Of a DNA stretch of 64,000 nucleotides, positions 36,297 to 45,303 are shown in pieces; positions within the stretch are counted from its first letter, which is position 1, and every line of letters starts with the position of its first letter. The stretch spans positions 104,128-168,127 of the forward strand of contig JABHIE010000031.1 of NCBI GenBank assembly GCA_018671175.1, written 5' to 3'. The stretch is from Planctomycetota bacterium (lineage in GTDB: Bacteria; Planctomycetota; UBA1135). A model generated the notes under the pieces. The model was given only the letters and a program-made list of their open reading frames with translations, was not told the origin of the DNA and did no database searches. Made by a program: the position numbers and the translations under genes.

Positions 36297-37826
36297 ATGA
36301 GCCGCCCCTTTCGCAAAATCCTTGTCGCAAATCGTGGCGAAATCGCTGTGCGCATTTTGCGCTCTTGCCGTGATCTCGGCATTGAAACGGTCGCGGTTTA
36401 CAGCGAAGCCGATCGCAATAGCTTGCATGTCCGTTATGCAAATGAAGCGCGTTTGCTTGGCCCACCCGCACCATCCGAGAGTTACTTGCGCATCGACCGC
36501 ATTCTTGAGATTGCTAAAGAAACGGGCGCAGAGGCGATTCACCCGGGTTTTGGCTTCTTGGCCGAAAACGCTGCTTTTGCTCGTGCGGTGACTGAAGCTG
36601 GCTTTGCCTTCATCGGCCCACCGCCCGCAAGCATGGAAGTCATGGGCGATAAGTTGGCTTCTCGTGCGGCCATGGTTGCCGCAGGTGTTGCCGTTGTGCC
36701 CGGCACGACTGAGCCCCTTGCTGATGCGGCGGCGGCCCTAAAAACGGCAAATGAAGTTGGCTACCCCGTCATGCTTAAGGCTTCGGCAGGCGGCGGAGGC
36801 AAAGGCATTCGCGTGGTGCGCTCGGCTGACGAAATTGAGGCAGCCTTTACTACAGCGAGTGGTGAGTCTCTGAGTGCGTTCGGCGATGGCCGCATGTACA
36901 TTGAAAAATTCCTTGAGCGGCCTCGCCATGTCGAGGTGCAAATCTTGGGCGACCAGCACGGCAAGGTCATCCATGTTGGCGAGCGTGAATGTTCGATTCA
37001 GAGGCGGCATCAAAAGCTCATCGAAGAGGCGCCTTGCACCGTGGTCGATGATGCCACTCGCGCAAAAATGGGTGCGATGGCTGTTGCCGCAGCCAAGGCA
37101 GTTGATTATTTTTCCGCGGGCACGGTTGAGTTTCTATGGAGCAATGGCGAGTATTACTTCCTTGAGATGAACACTCGCATTCAAGTCGAACATGCCATCA
37201 CAGAAGAAGTTTATGGCGTCGACCTCATCGCCTGGATGATTCGAATTGCTGCTGGCGAAAAACTGACTCTACCCGACAACCTGACTCCGCGCGGCCATGC
37301 CTTTGAGGTGCGCCTCAATGCGGAAGACCCCGATATGGGCTTTGTCCCGTCATTGGGCACGATTCAAGACTTGCGGATTCCAGGCGGCCCAGGCGTGCGC
37401 GTCGATTCTGCAATGTATCGCGGCATGGAAGTTACCCCGTATTACGATTCGATGCTGGCCAAATTGATTACTTACGGTTCTGACCGTGAGCAGGCTAGGC
37501 GTCGCATGTTGCGTGTTTTGCAAGAGCTCTTTGTTGGCGGGGTCAAGACTTCTGCCAGTTTGGCTTTGCAGATTTTGCAAACGCCGGAATTCATTGCGGG
37601 TGATTATGACACGGGCTTCCTTGAAGCCTGGAGAGAAAGCGACCCTGAGACTTCTCGTGAAGTCGACGATGATTTCGAAGAGGTCGCTGCCTTGGTCGCT
37701 GCGATGCATCGGCATCATTCAGCTCATCAAAATGCACTGCAATTTGCCGGCGACGCTGATTCATCTTTGTCGCCTTGGGTTGCGGCTGACCGTTTCAAGC
37801 GGCTTGGCAAGGGGGTGCGCTCATGA
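36297..37826 (+). CDS. Biotin carboxylase subunit (acetyl/propionyl-CoA carboxylase)
   Basis: 509 aa with KILVANRGEIAVRI, YPVMLKASAGGGGKGIRVV, EMNTRIQVEH. Confidence 0.92.
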   Translation: MSRPFRKILVANRGEIAVRILRSCRDLGIETVAVYSEADRNSLHVRYANEARLLGPPAPSESYLRIDRILEIAKETGAEAIHPGFGFLAENAAFARAVTEAGFAFIGPPPASMEVMGDKLASRAAMVAAGVAVVPGTTEPLADAAAALKTANEVGYPVMLKASAGGGGKGIRVVRSADEIEAAFTTASGESLSAFGDGRMYIEKFLERPRHVEVQILGDQHGKVIHVGERECSIQRRHQKLIEEAPCTVVDDATRAKMGAMAVAAAKAVDYFSAGTVEFLWSNGEYYFLEMNTRIQVEHAITEEVYGVDLIAWMIRIAAGEKLTLPDNLTPRGHAFEVRLNAEDPDMGFVPSLGTIQDLRIPGGPGVRVDSAMYRGMEVTPYYDSMLAKLITYGSDREQARRRMLRVLQELFVGGVKTSASLALQILQTPEFIAGDYDTGFLEAWRESDPETSREVDDDFEEVAALVAAMHRHHSAHQNALQFAGDADSSLSPWVAADRFKRLGKGVRS

Positions 37827-38341
37827 AATACTTCGTCAAAATGGCGCATGCCGATTTTGAGGTTGACCTGACCGATTTAGGCAATGGCCACTACTCTTTG
37901 AAAATCGGCGACCGCGTAATCGAGGCTGATTTTCATGCGGTTGATGCTCACGGGCAATACGCTTGCTTGCTTGATGGTCGATCTTATGCAGCTTCCATTG
38001 CTGAGCAAGACAGCCAAACACTCGATGTCACCATTGGCGGCGAAAGCTTTTCTGCTCATGCGCAAGACGAAAGAGAACGCACGGCGGGTGAGCTCGCAAC
38101 GGCTCGCCCAGTGGCTGAGGTCATCAAGGCCAGCATGCCCGGAATTGTGGTCAGTTTGACCGTGTCACCCGGAGATGTTTTACAAGAGGGCCAAGCTGTT
38201 GGCATCCTTGAGGCCATGAAAATGCAAAATGAAGTTTCGGCACCACACGGTGGGGTCGTGGCCGAGGTTATGGTCGAAACCGGGCAAGCCGTTGATAGTG
38301 GCCAAGTCTTAATTCGACTTGAGTCAGCAAGCGACGAGTAA
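37823..38341 (+). CDS. Biotin carboxyl carrier protein (biotinyl/lipoyl domain)
   Basis: 172 aa. C-terminal domain has the biotinylation motif ILEAMKMQNEV. ATGA overlap with the biotin carboxylase gene. Confidence 0.85.
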   Translation: MKYFVKMAHADFEVDLTDLGNGHYSLKIGDRVIEADFHAVDAHGQYACLLDGRSYAASIAEQDSQTLDVTIGGESFSAHAQDERERTAGELATARPVAEVIKASMPGIVVSLTVSPGDVLQEGQAVGILEAMKMQNEVSAPHGGVVAEVMVETGQAVDSGQVLIRLESASDE

Positions 38342-38351
38342 AGCCCTTCTG

Positions 38352-39155
38352 CTATGACTTGTTTTTTTTACGAGCATGAAAGAATTCTTTCATGCTGCCC
38401 TTGAAGTTTTCGAGGTCGCCCTCGTCGGCAGGTGGCTTAGAGCGATTCGTTGGGCTTTGGGCTGTTTGCCCTTGCATCGTTGGCGCATCGGCGGCAAAAC
38501 CAGGCGGGCGTAAAAAAAGTTGGGCTAGTTCCCAGCGGCCAGAAATCCAAATATAGACACCCGTCAAGATGGTTAATAAAAGATAGCCAGATGCCGCTGC
38601 AGGAATAAGTGCGAGCAAAATTAAAGTATCTGAGATTTTAATGGCTCGTTTGGTCGCTTCAGGAAGAGGAAGGCGCCGGGCAAACCACGCGCGGAGTAGG
38701 CGCCCGCCATCCATTGGGAAAGCAGGAATTAAATTGCCTAAGCCAAAAATAAGATTAATCGTCAGGAAAACCGAACCGATGCTTGGTGGCAAAAGAAGGC
38801 CAATGGGTGCGATGAGTAGATTGAAAATCGGCCCCGCTGCGGCCACTGGGGCTTCGAGTGTGGGGTGTTGCGACATCTCTTCGATGCGAGCCATCCCGAC
38901 TAGGGGCCAGATGGTGATGTCGACGACATGTAAGCCAAGTCTCTTTGCCATAAGGGCATGCGCGATTTCATGACCGAGCAGTGAAAGGAATAAAGTGAGG
39001 AGGGCTAGAGAAAGCCAGCCCGCATTTTGCCAATCAGCTGCAAGAAATAGGGGCAGTAAGAAAACCAAACCCGCTGCGGGCGCCACTTTGATAGGCACGC
39101 CGAAGAGGTGACCAAGTCGTTTTGGCCGCAGAAGTGGAGTTTGGAACAGGCTCAC
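38352..39155 (-). CDS. Peptidase M50 family (site-2-protease-like) membrane metalloprotease
   Basis: 267-aa polytopic protein with HEIAHALMAKRLG (HExxH in a TM helix) and NLIPAFPMDGGRLL (second M50 motif). Confidence 0.8.
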   Translation of the reverse strand: MSLFQTPLLRPKRLGHLFGVPIKVAPAAGLVFLLPLFLAADWQNAGWLSLALLTLFLSLLGHEIAHALMAKRLGLHVVDITIWPLVGMARIEEMSQHPTLEAPVAAAGPIFNLLIAPIGLLLPPSIGSVFLTINLIFGLGNLIPAFPMDGGRLLRAWFARRLPLPEATKRAIKISDTLILLALIPAAASGYLLLTILTGVYIWISGRWELAQLFLRPPGFAADAPTMQGQTAQSPTNRSKPPADEGDLENFKGSMKEFFHARKKNKS

Positions 39156-39206
39156 AAGAGAGTAGTTTATCGTCGGTGCGGGTCATGGCGAAAGTAGGAT
39201 AAAGAC

Positions 39207-40841
39207 ATGCGGTTCTTCCTCCAGTTTGTCGCTTTTTTTCTTCTGCTTTCAGCAGTGGCGCCGGCTCAGATTTATTCTGTTCAGCTCGCCAATAAAAAGT
39301 TAGAGAAGCAATTTGCCAAGGTGATGCATGAGCTACCCTCGGGCCCCGTTTTGCTGGTCGAGATTGCGGCCGGTTGCGAAATCGATGATAACGGCAATGT
39401 CATTTATGAAAAAGAAGAAGACGGCGTTTTGAATTTCTTTATTCAAAACAGAAAAGACCCGCTTCAGTTGCCATACAAGATGAATGAAGACGGCACTCGA
39501 GGCAAAGGCGTGCGGAAGTATGTGCTGACCATCGAGCAAGCCAAAGTCAAAGAGATCACTCCGATGATGTCACGCGAGAGTTGGTACACATTGTCGGTTA
39601 TTTATACGCGCAAGAAGCAAGGGGTTGCCGATCTGGTGCGCGCACGCCGCCGCATGGAAAAAGACTCTGAAGATTTCGCCCACCAGACGCTTCGGATTTT
39701 GCGTGAGCTCGATTCTCTTGATCGTTGGCTCCGTTCTCATGGCTACAAAGAGGCCGCTGAAAAATTGACACGCACGATTCGTAAAGAAAAGAAAACTCTT
39801 GGTGGCGAATCTGAAATGCGCCTGCTTGAGGCCCAAGCTAGCGCCCATATCGTTCCCAACCCAGAGTCTCTGGATGCTGCGATTCAGGTCGTTGGTGCGG
39901 CCATCGCAAAGCCACTTCAATTTCATGTTGTCGAGAGTTTGCACTTCCGTTTTGTTTATGAAATTAGTCGAACCTCCGACAAAAACGCAATCGATTACAT
40001 TAAGTTTGCCGAGTACATCCTCGAAGACTTTCGGCGGCAATTCATCGACCCCTTTGTCGGCCCAGACTTTGTCGATTTGATTCCCGATAAGTTAATCGCC
40101 GAGTTCTTTTTTGGGCCGAACCAAATGCAAGTCTATGAGCAGATGTACACCGAGTATTACCTCATGGATTGGGGCCCAGAAAAAGATGTCAAACTGCAGT
40201 TGGTTGGGCAAACGGTCCTCGCGCCGGGTGACCTCTTATGGATTGATTATTGGCGCTTGACGCCTGGCGTCCGCGTGCGTGACATCTTGACTCATCGAGT
40301 TGGGCATCTGTTGGCGGTCAAGCATTTAGACCTTCTCTATGCAACAGCACCCCATGCTTGGCTTTCCGAAGGGATGGGCTATTGGGTTTCCTTTCACCAT
40401 CTTGATAGTAATCGCACATCGTGCGTCGCGTTCCGGCCCAAAGATGCTGGGCATACCGTTGCGCGCGGCCCTGAAAAGAAAGATGAAAGTGCATATAGGC
40501 AAGTTCGTTACAAGGGGGGGCGTGCCCGCATGGCCGAGACCGTCTTGAAGCAAGGGCGGCCTTTGCACTCTTTGTTTCAATTAACCCTTTGGGGGATGAA
40601 AAGCCCTGATGTCGCCGTTTCTTGGGCGTTCCTGGACTACTTGTTTCACACTCAAGGCAAAAACGCACAACTGTTCTTGCGTGCACTCGCTAAAGAGGCA
40701 ACGGTCGGGCCAGAAGGTTATCTACCACGCCTGCGCACAGTCATGAATGAGATTTTCAAACCCGCCCCAGGCGAGGATGTTTTCTCAAAGCTCAACGATG
40801 AAATGCGCGCCTATTTGACCAAGACCTACCTTAGTCAATAA
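39207..40841 (+). CDS. Secreted protein with a degenerate gluzincin-like (MA-clan) motif HRVGH...E; unknown function
   Basis: 544 aa with signal peptide MRFFLQFVAFFLLLSAVAPAQ. The HRVGH(21 aa)E arrangement within LTHRVGHLLAVKH..WLSEGMGYW sits where MA-clan peptidases have HEXXH..E. The family was not verified. Confidence 0.55.
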   Translation: MRFFLQFVAFFLLLSAVAPAQIYSVQLANKKLEKQFAKVMHELPSGPVLLVEIAAGCEIDDNGNVIYEKEEDGVLNFFIQNRKDPLQLPYKMNEDGTRGKGVRKYVLTIEQAKVKEITPMMSRESWYTLSVIYTRKKQGVADLVRARRRMEKDSEDFAHQTLRILRELDSLDRWLRSHGYKEAAEKLTRTIRKEKKTLGGESEMRLLEAQASAHIVPNPESLDAAIQVVGAAIAKPLQFHVVESLHFRFVYEISRTSDKNAIDYIKFAEYILEDFRRQFIDPFVGPDFVDLIPDKLIAEFFFGPNQMQVYEQMYTEYYLMDWGPEKDVKLQLVGQTVLAPGDLLWIDYWRLTPGVRVRDILTHRVGHLLAVKHLDLLYATAPHAWLSEGMGYWVSFHHLDSNRTSCVAFRPKDAGHTVARGPEKKDESAYRQVRYKGGRARMAETVLKQGRPLHSLFQLTLWGMKSPDVAVSWAFLDYLFHTQGKNAQLFLRALAKEATVGPEGYLPRLRTVMNEIFKPAPGEDVFSKLNDEMRAYLTKTYLSQ

Positions 40842-42642
40842 TGCCCTTGAGGTGCTTGCGGCGGTCTTTCTCGTTGAGATAGCGCTTACGCAAACGCAAA
40901 GACTGCGGCGTGACTTCGAGTAGCTCGTCAGAGTCAAGATACTCAAGGAAGCCTTCGAGGCTAATGTCGCGTGGAGCACGGATTTTTTCGTCAACATCTT
41001 TGTTGGCCGACCGGACATTGGTGTGCTTCCGCCCTTTGACAACATTTAAGACGAGATCGGTATCTTTATTGTTTTCACCGCAGACCATGCCTTCGTAGAT
41101 GACATCACCTGGCGCAATAAAGAATTCACCACGGTCTTCGAGTGCGCGTAGGGCATAAGCTGTGCAAGTGCCTGTGTCACTAGAAACCAAAACTCCAGCG
41201 TGTCGAGTTGAAATATCAACATCAACTTTGTCATAACCATCGGTCAAAGAATGGACAACGCCTTCGCCGCGAGTGAGCGTGAGCACATGGGTGCGTGCGC
41301 CAATCATGCCGCGTGTCGGCACTCGCATGTGCAAGACCGTGCGGCTGCCCATACGATCCATTTCGCGGATTTCCGCCGAGCGTTTGCCGAAAAATTCAAT
41401 GACACGACCTAGCGTGTCTTCGGGTAGCTCAACTTGGACGGCCTCCCAGGGCTCAAGCGTTTTCCCGTCGACCTCTTGAGTTAAAACCCGGGGTTTGCCG
41501 ACAGCAAATTCAAAGCCTTCGCGGCGCATGTTCTCGATCAAAATACCGATATGCATCACGCCACGACCAGCGACAACCCAGCCGCCATCTTTGCCAGTAT
41601 CGACACGAAGTGCGGGGTCGATCATGGCCGCGCGTTGAAGCCTTTCGAGCACTTGCCTGGAAGTGACAAATTCACCTTCGCGGCCTGCGAGAGGGGAGTC
41701 ATTGACTAAAAAGGCCATTTCAATCGTGGGCTTCTCGACCGTAATTGGTGCAAGAGGCTCAGGGTGGTTGGGGTCGCAAAGCGTGTCGCCGAGGCCAATG
41801 CCTTCGATGCCAGAAATGCAAGCGATGTCGCCGGCAACAACCGAATCGGCGGCCACACGACTCATGCCCGCGTAGCGAAAGAGCTCTTTTATTTTGCCAC
41901 GCCCTTTGGAGCCATCATTTTTGAGCCAAGCCAAGTTGTCTCCTTGGCGCAGAACGCCTCTTTTGACTCGCCCGATGCCTAGTCGTCCGACAAAGTTATC
42001 CCAGTCGAGGGTGGCGACTTGAACCTGCAAGGGCCCTGACTCGTCGACATCAGGGGCGGGGACATGCTTCAAAATCGAATCAAGAAGTGGGCCCATGTCA
42101 CCCTCTTGGATGTTTTCTTCTAGGCTCGACCAACCATCACGCGCACTCGCATAGACAACAGGGAAGTCAAGAGCCATGTCTTCCGCGCCAAGGTCAACAA
42201 AAAGATCAAAGACCTCACCGATGACTTCGGGCGCACGCGCATCTTGGCGATCCATTTTGTTGATGACAACTAGAGGGTGCAGGCCGTGCTCAAAAGCTTT
42301 GGTGAGCACAAAGCGCGTCTGCGGCATCACGCCTTCAAAGGCATCGACCACGAGTAGCACGCCGTCAGCCATCGCCAAAACCCGCTCAACCTGACCACCA
42401 AAGTCGGCGTGGCCGGGGGTGTCAATGAGGTTAATGCAGGTGTCTTCCCAAGTCACGGAAGCGTGCTTGGAAAGGATGGTGATGCCACGCTCACGCTCAA
42501 GATCATTGCGATCCATGAGGCGGTCGGTGCCGGTCTGCGAGCGGTCAAGTGCGCCGGCTTTTTGAAAGAGACAATCGACCAAGGACGTTTTGCCGTGGTC
42601 AACGTGGGCCACGATGGCCACATTGCGTAGTTTTTGATTCAC
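40831..42642 (-). CDS. typA: Translational GTPase TypA/BipA
   Basis: 603 aa with NVAIVAHVDHGKTSLVD, DTPGHADFGGQVER and an EF-G-like domain order with the BipA-specific C-terminus. Confidence 0.96.
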   Translation of the reverse strand: MNQKLRNVAIVAHVDHGKTSLVDCLFQKAGALDRSQTGTDRLMDRNDLERERGITILSKHASVTWEDTCINLIDTPGHADFGGQVERVLAMADGVLLVVDAFEGVMPQTRFVLTKAFEHGLHPLVVINKMDRQDARAPEVIGEVFDLFVDLGAEDMALDFPVVYASARDGWSSLEENIQEGDMGPLLDSILKHVPAPDVDESGPLQVQVATLDWDNFVGRLGIGRVKRGVLRQGDNLAWLKNDGSKGRGKIKELFRYAGMSRVAADSVVAGDIACISGIEGIGLGDTLCDPNHPEPLAPITVEKPTIEMAFLVNDSPLAGREGEFVTSRQVLERLQRAAMIDPALRVDTGKDGGWVVAGRGVMHIGILIENMRREGFEFAVGKPRVLTQEVDGKTLEPWEAVQVELPEDTLGRVIEFFGKRSAEIREMDRMGSRTVLHMRVPTRGMIGARTHVLTLTRGEGVVHSLTDGYDKVDVDISTRHAGVLVSSDTGTCTAYALRALEDRGEFFIAPGDVIYEGMVCGENNKDTDLVLNVVKGRKHTNVRSANKDVDEKIRAPRDISLEGFLEYLDSDELLEVTPQSLRLRKRYLNEKDRRKHLKGIID

Positions 42643-42668
42643 GATGGATGGGTGGGCAGGATGTTGGC

Positions 42669-43775
42669 CTAGAGGCCGCCAAGTAGCATTTGGGCGAAAG
42701 AGGATACAGGCTGTGCCTCTCTCGCGTCTTCTAATTGCCCATTTAATGAGCGCAAAGCCAAAATCATTTCGTCGTAGGCCTCGGCTTCCATGAGGAATTT
42801 GCCGACAGAACCCTCTCCTTCAGCAATCTTGCGCGTCATCAGAGCTAAGTCATGGATGAACTGCTCGGCTTCAATCGCCAAGTTTTCACGCGAAAGAATA
42901 CGCCCAAGGATGCCATGACCTTGCTCAGCCTGACTTACCATCAAGCGCACGCGTGAAGAAACAAAAGCCAGGTTGTCTGTGATGCTCAAAGCCCGCTCGC
43001 GCATGTTTTCGTCTTGCAGCATCGCGCCAAACGCGCCACGGCCGGCCTCGAGGTCTTCGACAATTTTGCGGGTGGCCACGAGGACAATCTCAGTTTCTTC
43101 GAGCATATTCAGCAAGCGATCTCGCTGGCCTGAATCAGAAATAAGCATGCCCAAAACCCCTGTGCCCTCTTGGATGTCAAGCGTAATATTTTTGACCGAT
43201 TGAATCGCGCTCGTCGCATCATCACGCATTTGGGTATCAGTCAGCAAAGCGCCCAGAAGCCCCTGGCCACTCGCAATGTCATCGGTCGATTTGCGGATGT
43301 TCGCCAATATCTGTTCAACATCGTCGCGGTTGTCTTCGAGGAAAGCGCCAATCGCCGCAAGTGCAGCACCCGTGACCGCGCCTTTTAATTCGCTGTTTGG
43401 CGGCAGGTTCGGCGACCCAAAAGGCCCAGGATCAATTTCAATCACGCGGCCACCCAGCATCGTGAACTCAGCAATACGGATGGCATAGCCTTCGCGCAAA
43501 GTCACTTTTTCGTCGTAAGCAATGGAAACCCCAATGCGCTTGTCGAGGGGGTTGCCGTCGTAATAGTCGACCATGCTCACCTTGCCTGTTTGGCGGCCTG
43601 CCACGAAAACGGCATCACCCGTTTTGAGGCCGCTCGCGCTCTCAAACCAAACATAACCATGAGAACCTTGGTCAAGAGAGAAGCCCGTTAAAACAACGGT
43701 GTAGTAGAGCAGAAGGCTGATGGCTCCGAAGAACACTAAGCCAAGCAGGAAATCGCGGCGGGGTGATTGATCCAT
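42669..43775 (-). CDS. MlaD/MCE-domain protein with a long helical C-terminal extension
   Basis: N-terminal TM (FLLGLVFFGAISLLLYY), an MCE domain, then five G-x-G-x-(L/F)-G-x-(L/F)-(L/I) repeats (GQGLLGALL, GTGVLGMLI, GRGAFGAML, GHGILGRIL, GEGSVGKFL). ATG at 43775, 2 nt after the mlaF stop; the longer ORF would overlap mlaF. Confidence 0.8.
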   Translation of the reverse strand: MDQSPRRDFLLGLVFFGAISLLLYYTVVLTGFSLDQGSHGYVWFESASGLKTGDAVFVAGRQTGKVSMVDYYDGNPLDKRIGVSIAYDEKVTLREGYAIRIAEFTMLGGRVIEIDPGPFGSPNLPPNSELKGAVTGAALAAIGAFLEDNRDDVEQILANIRKSTDDIASGQGLLGALLTDTQMRDDATSAIQSVKNITLDIQEGTGVLGMLISDSGQRDRLLNMLEETEIVLVATRKIVEDLEAGRGAFGAMLQDENMRERALSITDNLAFVSSRVRLMVSQAEQGHGILGRILSRENLAIEAEQFIHDLALMTRKIAEGEGSVGKFLMEAEAYDEMILALRSLNGQLEDAREAQPVSSFAQMLLGGL

Positions 43776-43777
43776 GA

Positions 43778-44509
43778 TTATGATTTTGAGCTTCCTTGGA
43801 GGAAGTCGTGGACAAGGGCGTGGCCCGAATCGAGAACTTCGGTAGGCGTGCCCTGAAGAGCAATGCGGCCACCGATGAATAAAGCGAGATGGTCGCCGAC
43901 CGTGCGTGCGCAATCAACACTGTGGGTGACTGTTACGGATGTCATCCCGAGCTCTTGACCGATTTCTCGAATCATGCGGGCAATATCAACCGACATGCCC
44001 GGGTCAAGGCCGGCTTCAGGCTCATCGTAAAGAATGATGCGTGGGCGGGTGACGAGCGCTCTGGCCAGGCCAACTCGTTTTTGCATGCCACCTGATATTT
44101 CAGATGGGAATTTATGGTCGGCTTGGCTCAAACTCACCAAGCCTAAAACATGATGGACGCGGTCGAGGATTTCGTCTTCGGGCAAATCCATGGTTTCGCG
44201 TAAAGGCAGAGCGATGTTGTCGAAAACATTAAGCCAATTAATCAAAGCAGAATGCTGGAACAAGTAGCCCATATCACGCCGCAAATCACGCAGAGGCTCG
44301 CCCTTTAAATCAGGCACAGACATATTGTCGACGCGGATGACACCCGAATCAGGTCTGAGCAAGCCAATAATGTGCTTCAAAATCACACTTTTACCTGCGC
44401 CGGAAGGGCCCATGATGACAAAGGCCGATCCACGAGGCACATGAAGGTCAAGCTCGTCTAGCACCTTGAGATCGCCAAAAGTCTTGCATACTTTTTCGAG
44501 GTGAATCAT
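43778..44509 (-). CDS. ABC transporter ATP-binding protein, MlaF-like
   Basis: 243 aa with Walker A GPSGAGKSVILK, signature ISGGMQKRVGLARAL and Walker B ILYDEPEAGLDP. Confidence 0.9.
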   Translation of the reverse strand: MIHLEKVCKTFGDLKVLDELDLHVPRGSAFVIMGPSGAGKSVILKHIIGLLRPDSGVIRVDNMSVPDLKGEPLRDLRRDMGYLFQHSALINWLNVFDNIALPLRETMDLPEDEILDRVHHVLGLVSLSQADHKFPSEISGGMQKRVGLARALVTRPRIILYDEPEAGLDPGMSVDIARMIREIGQELGMTSVTVTHSVDCARTVGDHLALFIGGRIALQGTPTEVLDSGHALVHDFLQGSSKS

Positions 44510-45303
44510 TGGAATAAGAATTTACCGAGGAAAAAGTTAAGGACGATAACCAAGATGATCGAATCGCGCACCGCCGCCCGTGTGGTGCGACCCACGCCTG
44601 CTGCACCTCGCGATGCAGACAGCCCACTCGCACAGCCAATGACGCCTATGACAAACCCAAAGATGAGTGATTTCAAAAGGCCGCCAAAGAGGCTTATGGG
44701 TAGAGGAATCCAGTCGCCAATGTCACGCAAAGATGTCAAAGCATTTGTAGTGTAGGCGCCAAAGTCAAGATTCAGCTGGGTCACCGCGATAACACCACCA
44801 CCAATCGTGCCGACATAATTTGCCAAGATGGTCAAAATCGGCATAGCCAAAGTCAGTGCCAAAACGCGCGGCAAAACCAAGAGGCTAATCACATCAACAC
44901 TCATGACTTCGAGAGCTGTGATTTCTTCTTGGACTTTCATGGTGCCCAACTCAGCGGCCATCGCCGACCCCACACTTGCGGCCATCAAAATCGCCGTCAC
45001 GAAAGGGCCCATCTCGCGCACCATCATGAGGGAAACGCCGTAGCCGATCGCTTCTTGCTGCCCGTAGCGAGCCAATTCAAGGCCAACTTGCAGCGCCACA
45101 ATCATGCCGATAAAGAAAGCCACAAAAACGACAACATGCAGGGTGCGCACGCAGCTCAAGTAAAACTGCTCACGGAAAGTGACCCAGCGTTTGGGCAACT
45201 GCGGGATACGATAAATCGTCTCGCCAGCAATGCGCATGCCAAAACCTGCCGTCGAGACCAAAGGGGCCAAGATGCGGTTGCCAAAGCGGGTAAAGAAATT
45301 CAT
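44506..45303 (-). CDS. ABC transporter permease, MlaE-like
   Basis: Polytopic permease with MlaE-type sequence (REMGPFVTAILMAASVGSAMAAELGTMKV.EEI.ALEVM). ATG at 45303 preferred, because it forms a TAATG junction with the upstream gene. ATGA overlap with mlaF. Confidence 0.87.
   Translation of the reverse strand: MNFFTRFGNRILAPLVSTAGFGMRIAGETIYRIPQLPKRWVTFREQFYLSCVRTLHVVVFVAFFIGMIVALQVGLELARYGQQEAIGYGVSLMMVREMGPFVTAILMAASVGSAMAAELGTMKVQEEITALEVMSVDVISLLVLPRVLALTLAMPILTILANYVGTIGGGVIAVTQLNLDFGAYTTNALTSLRDIGDWIPLPISLFGGLLKSLIFGFVIGVIGCASGLSASRGAAGVGRTTRAAVRDSIILVIVLNFFLGKFLFQ

Noticed and set aside
43776-43913. N-terminal extension of the MlaD-like ORF (46 codons)
   Set aside because: It would overlap mlaF by 136 nt and is Arg/Pro/Ser-rich. 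The ATG at 43775 gives a normal N-terminal TM helix and a 2-nt gap after mlaF.
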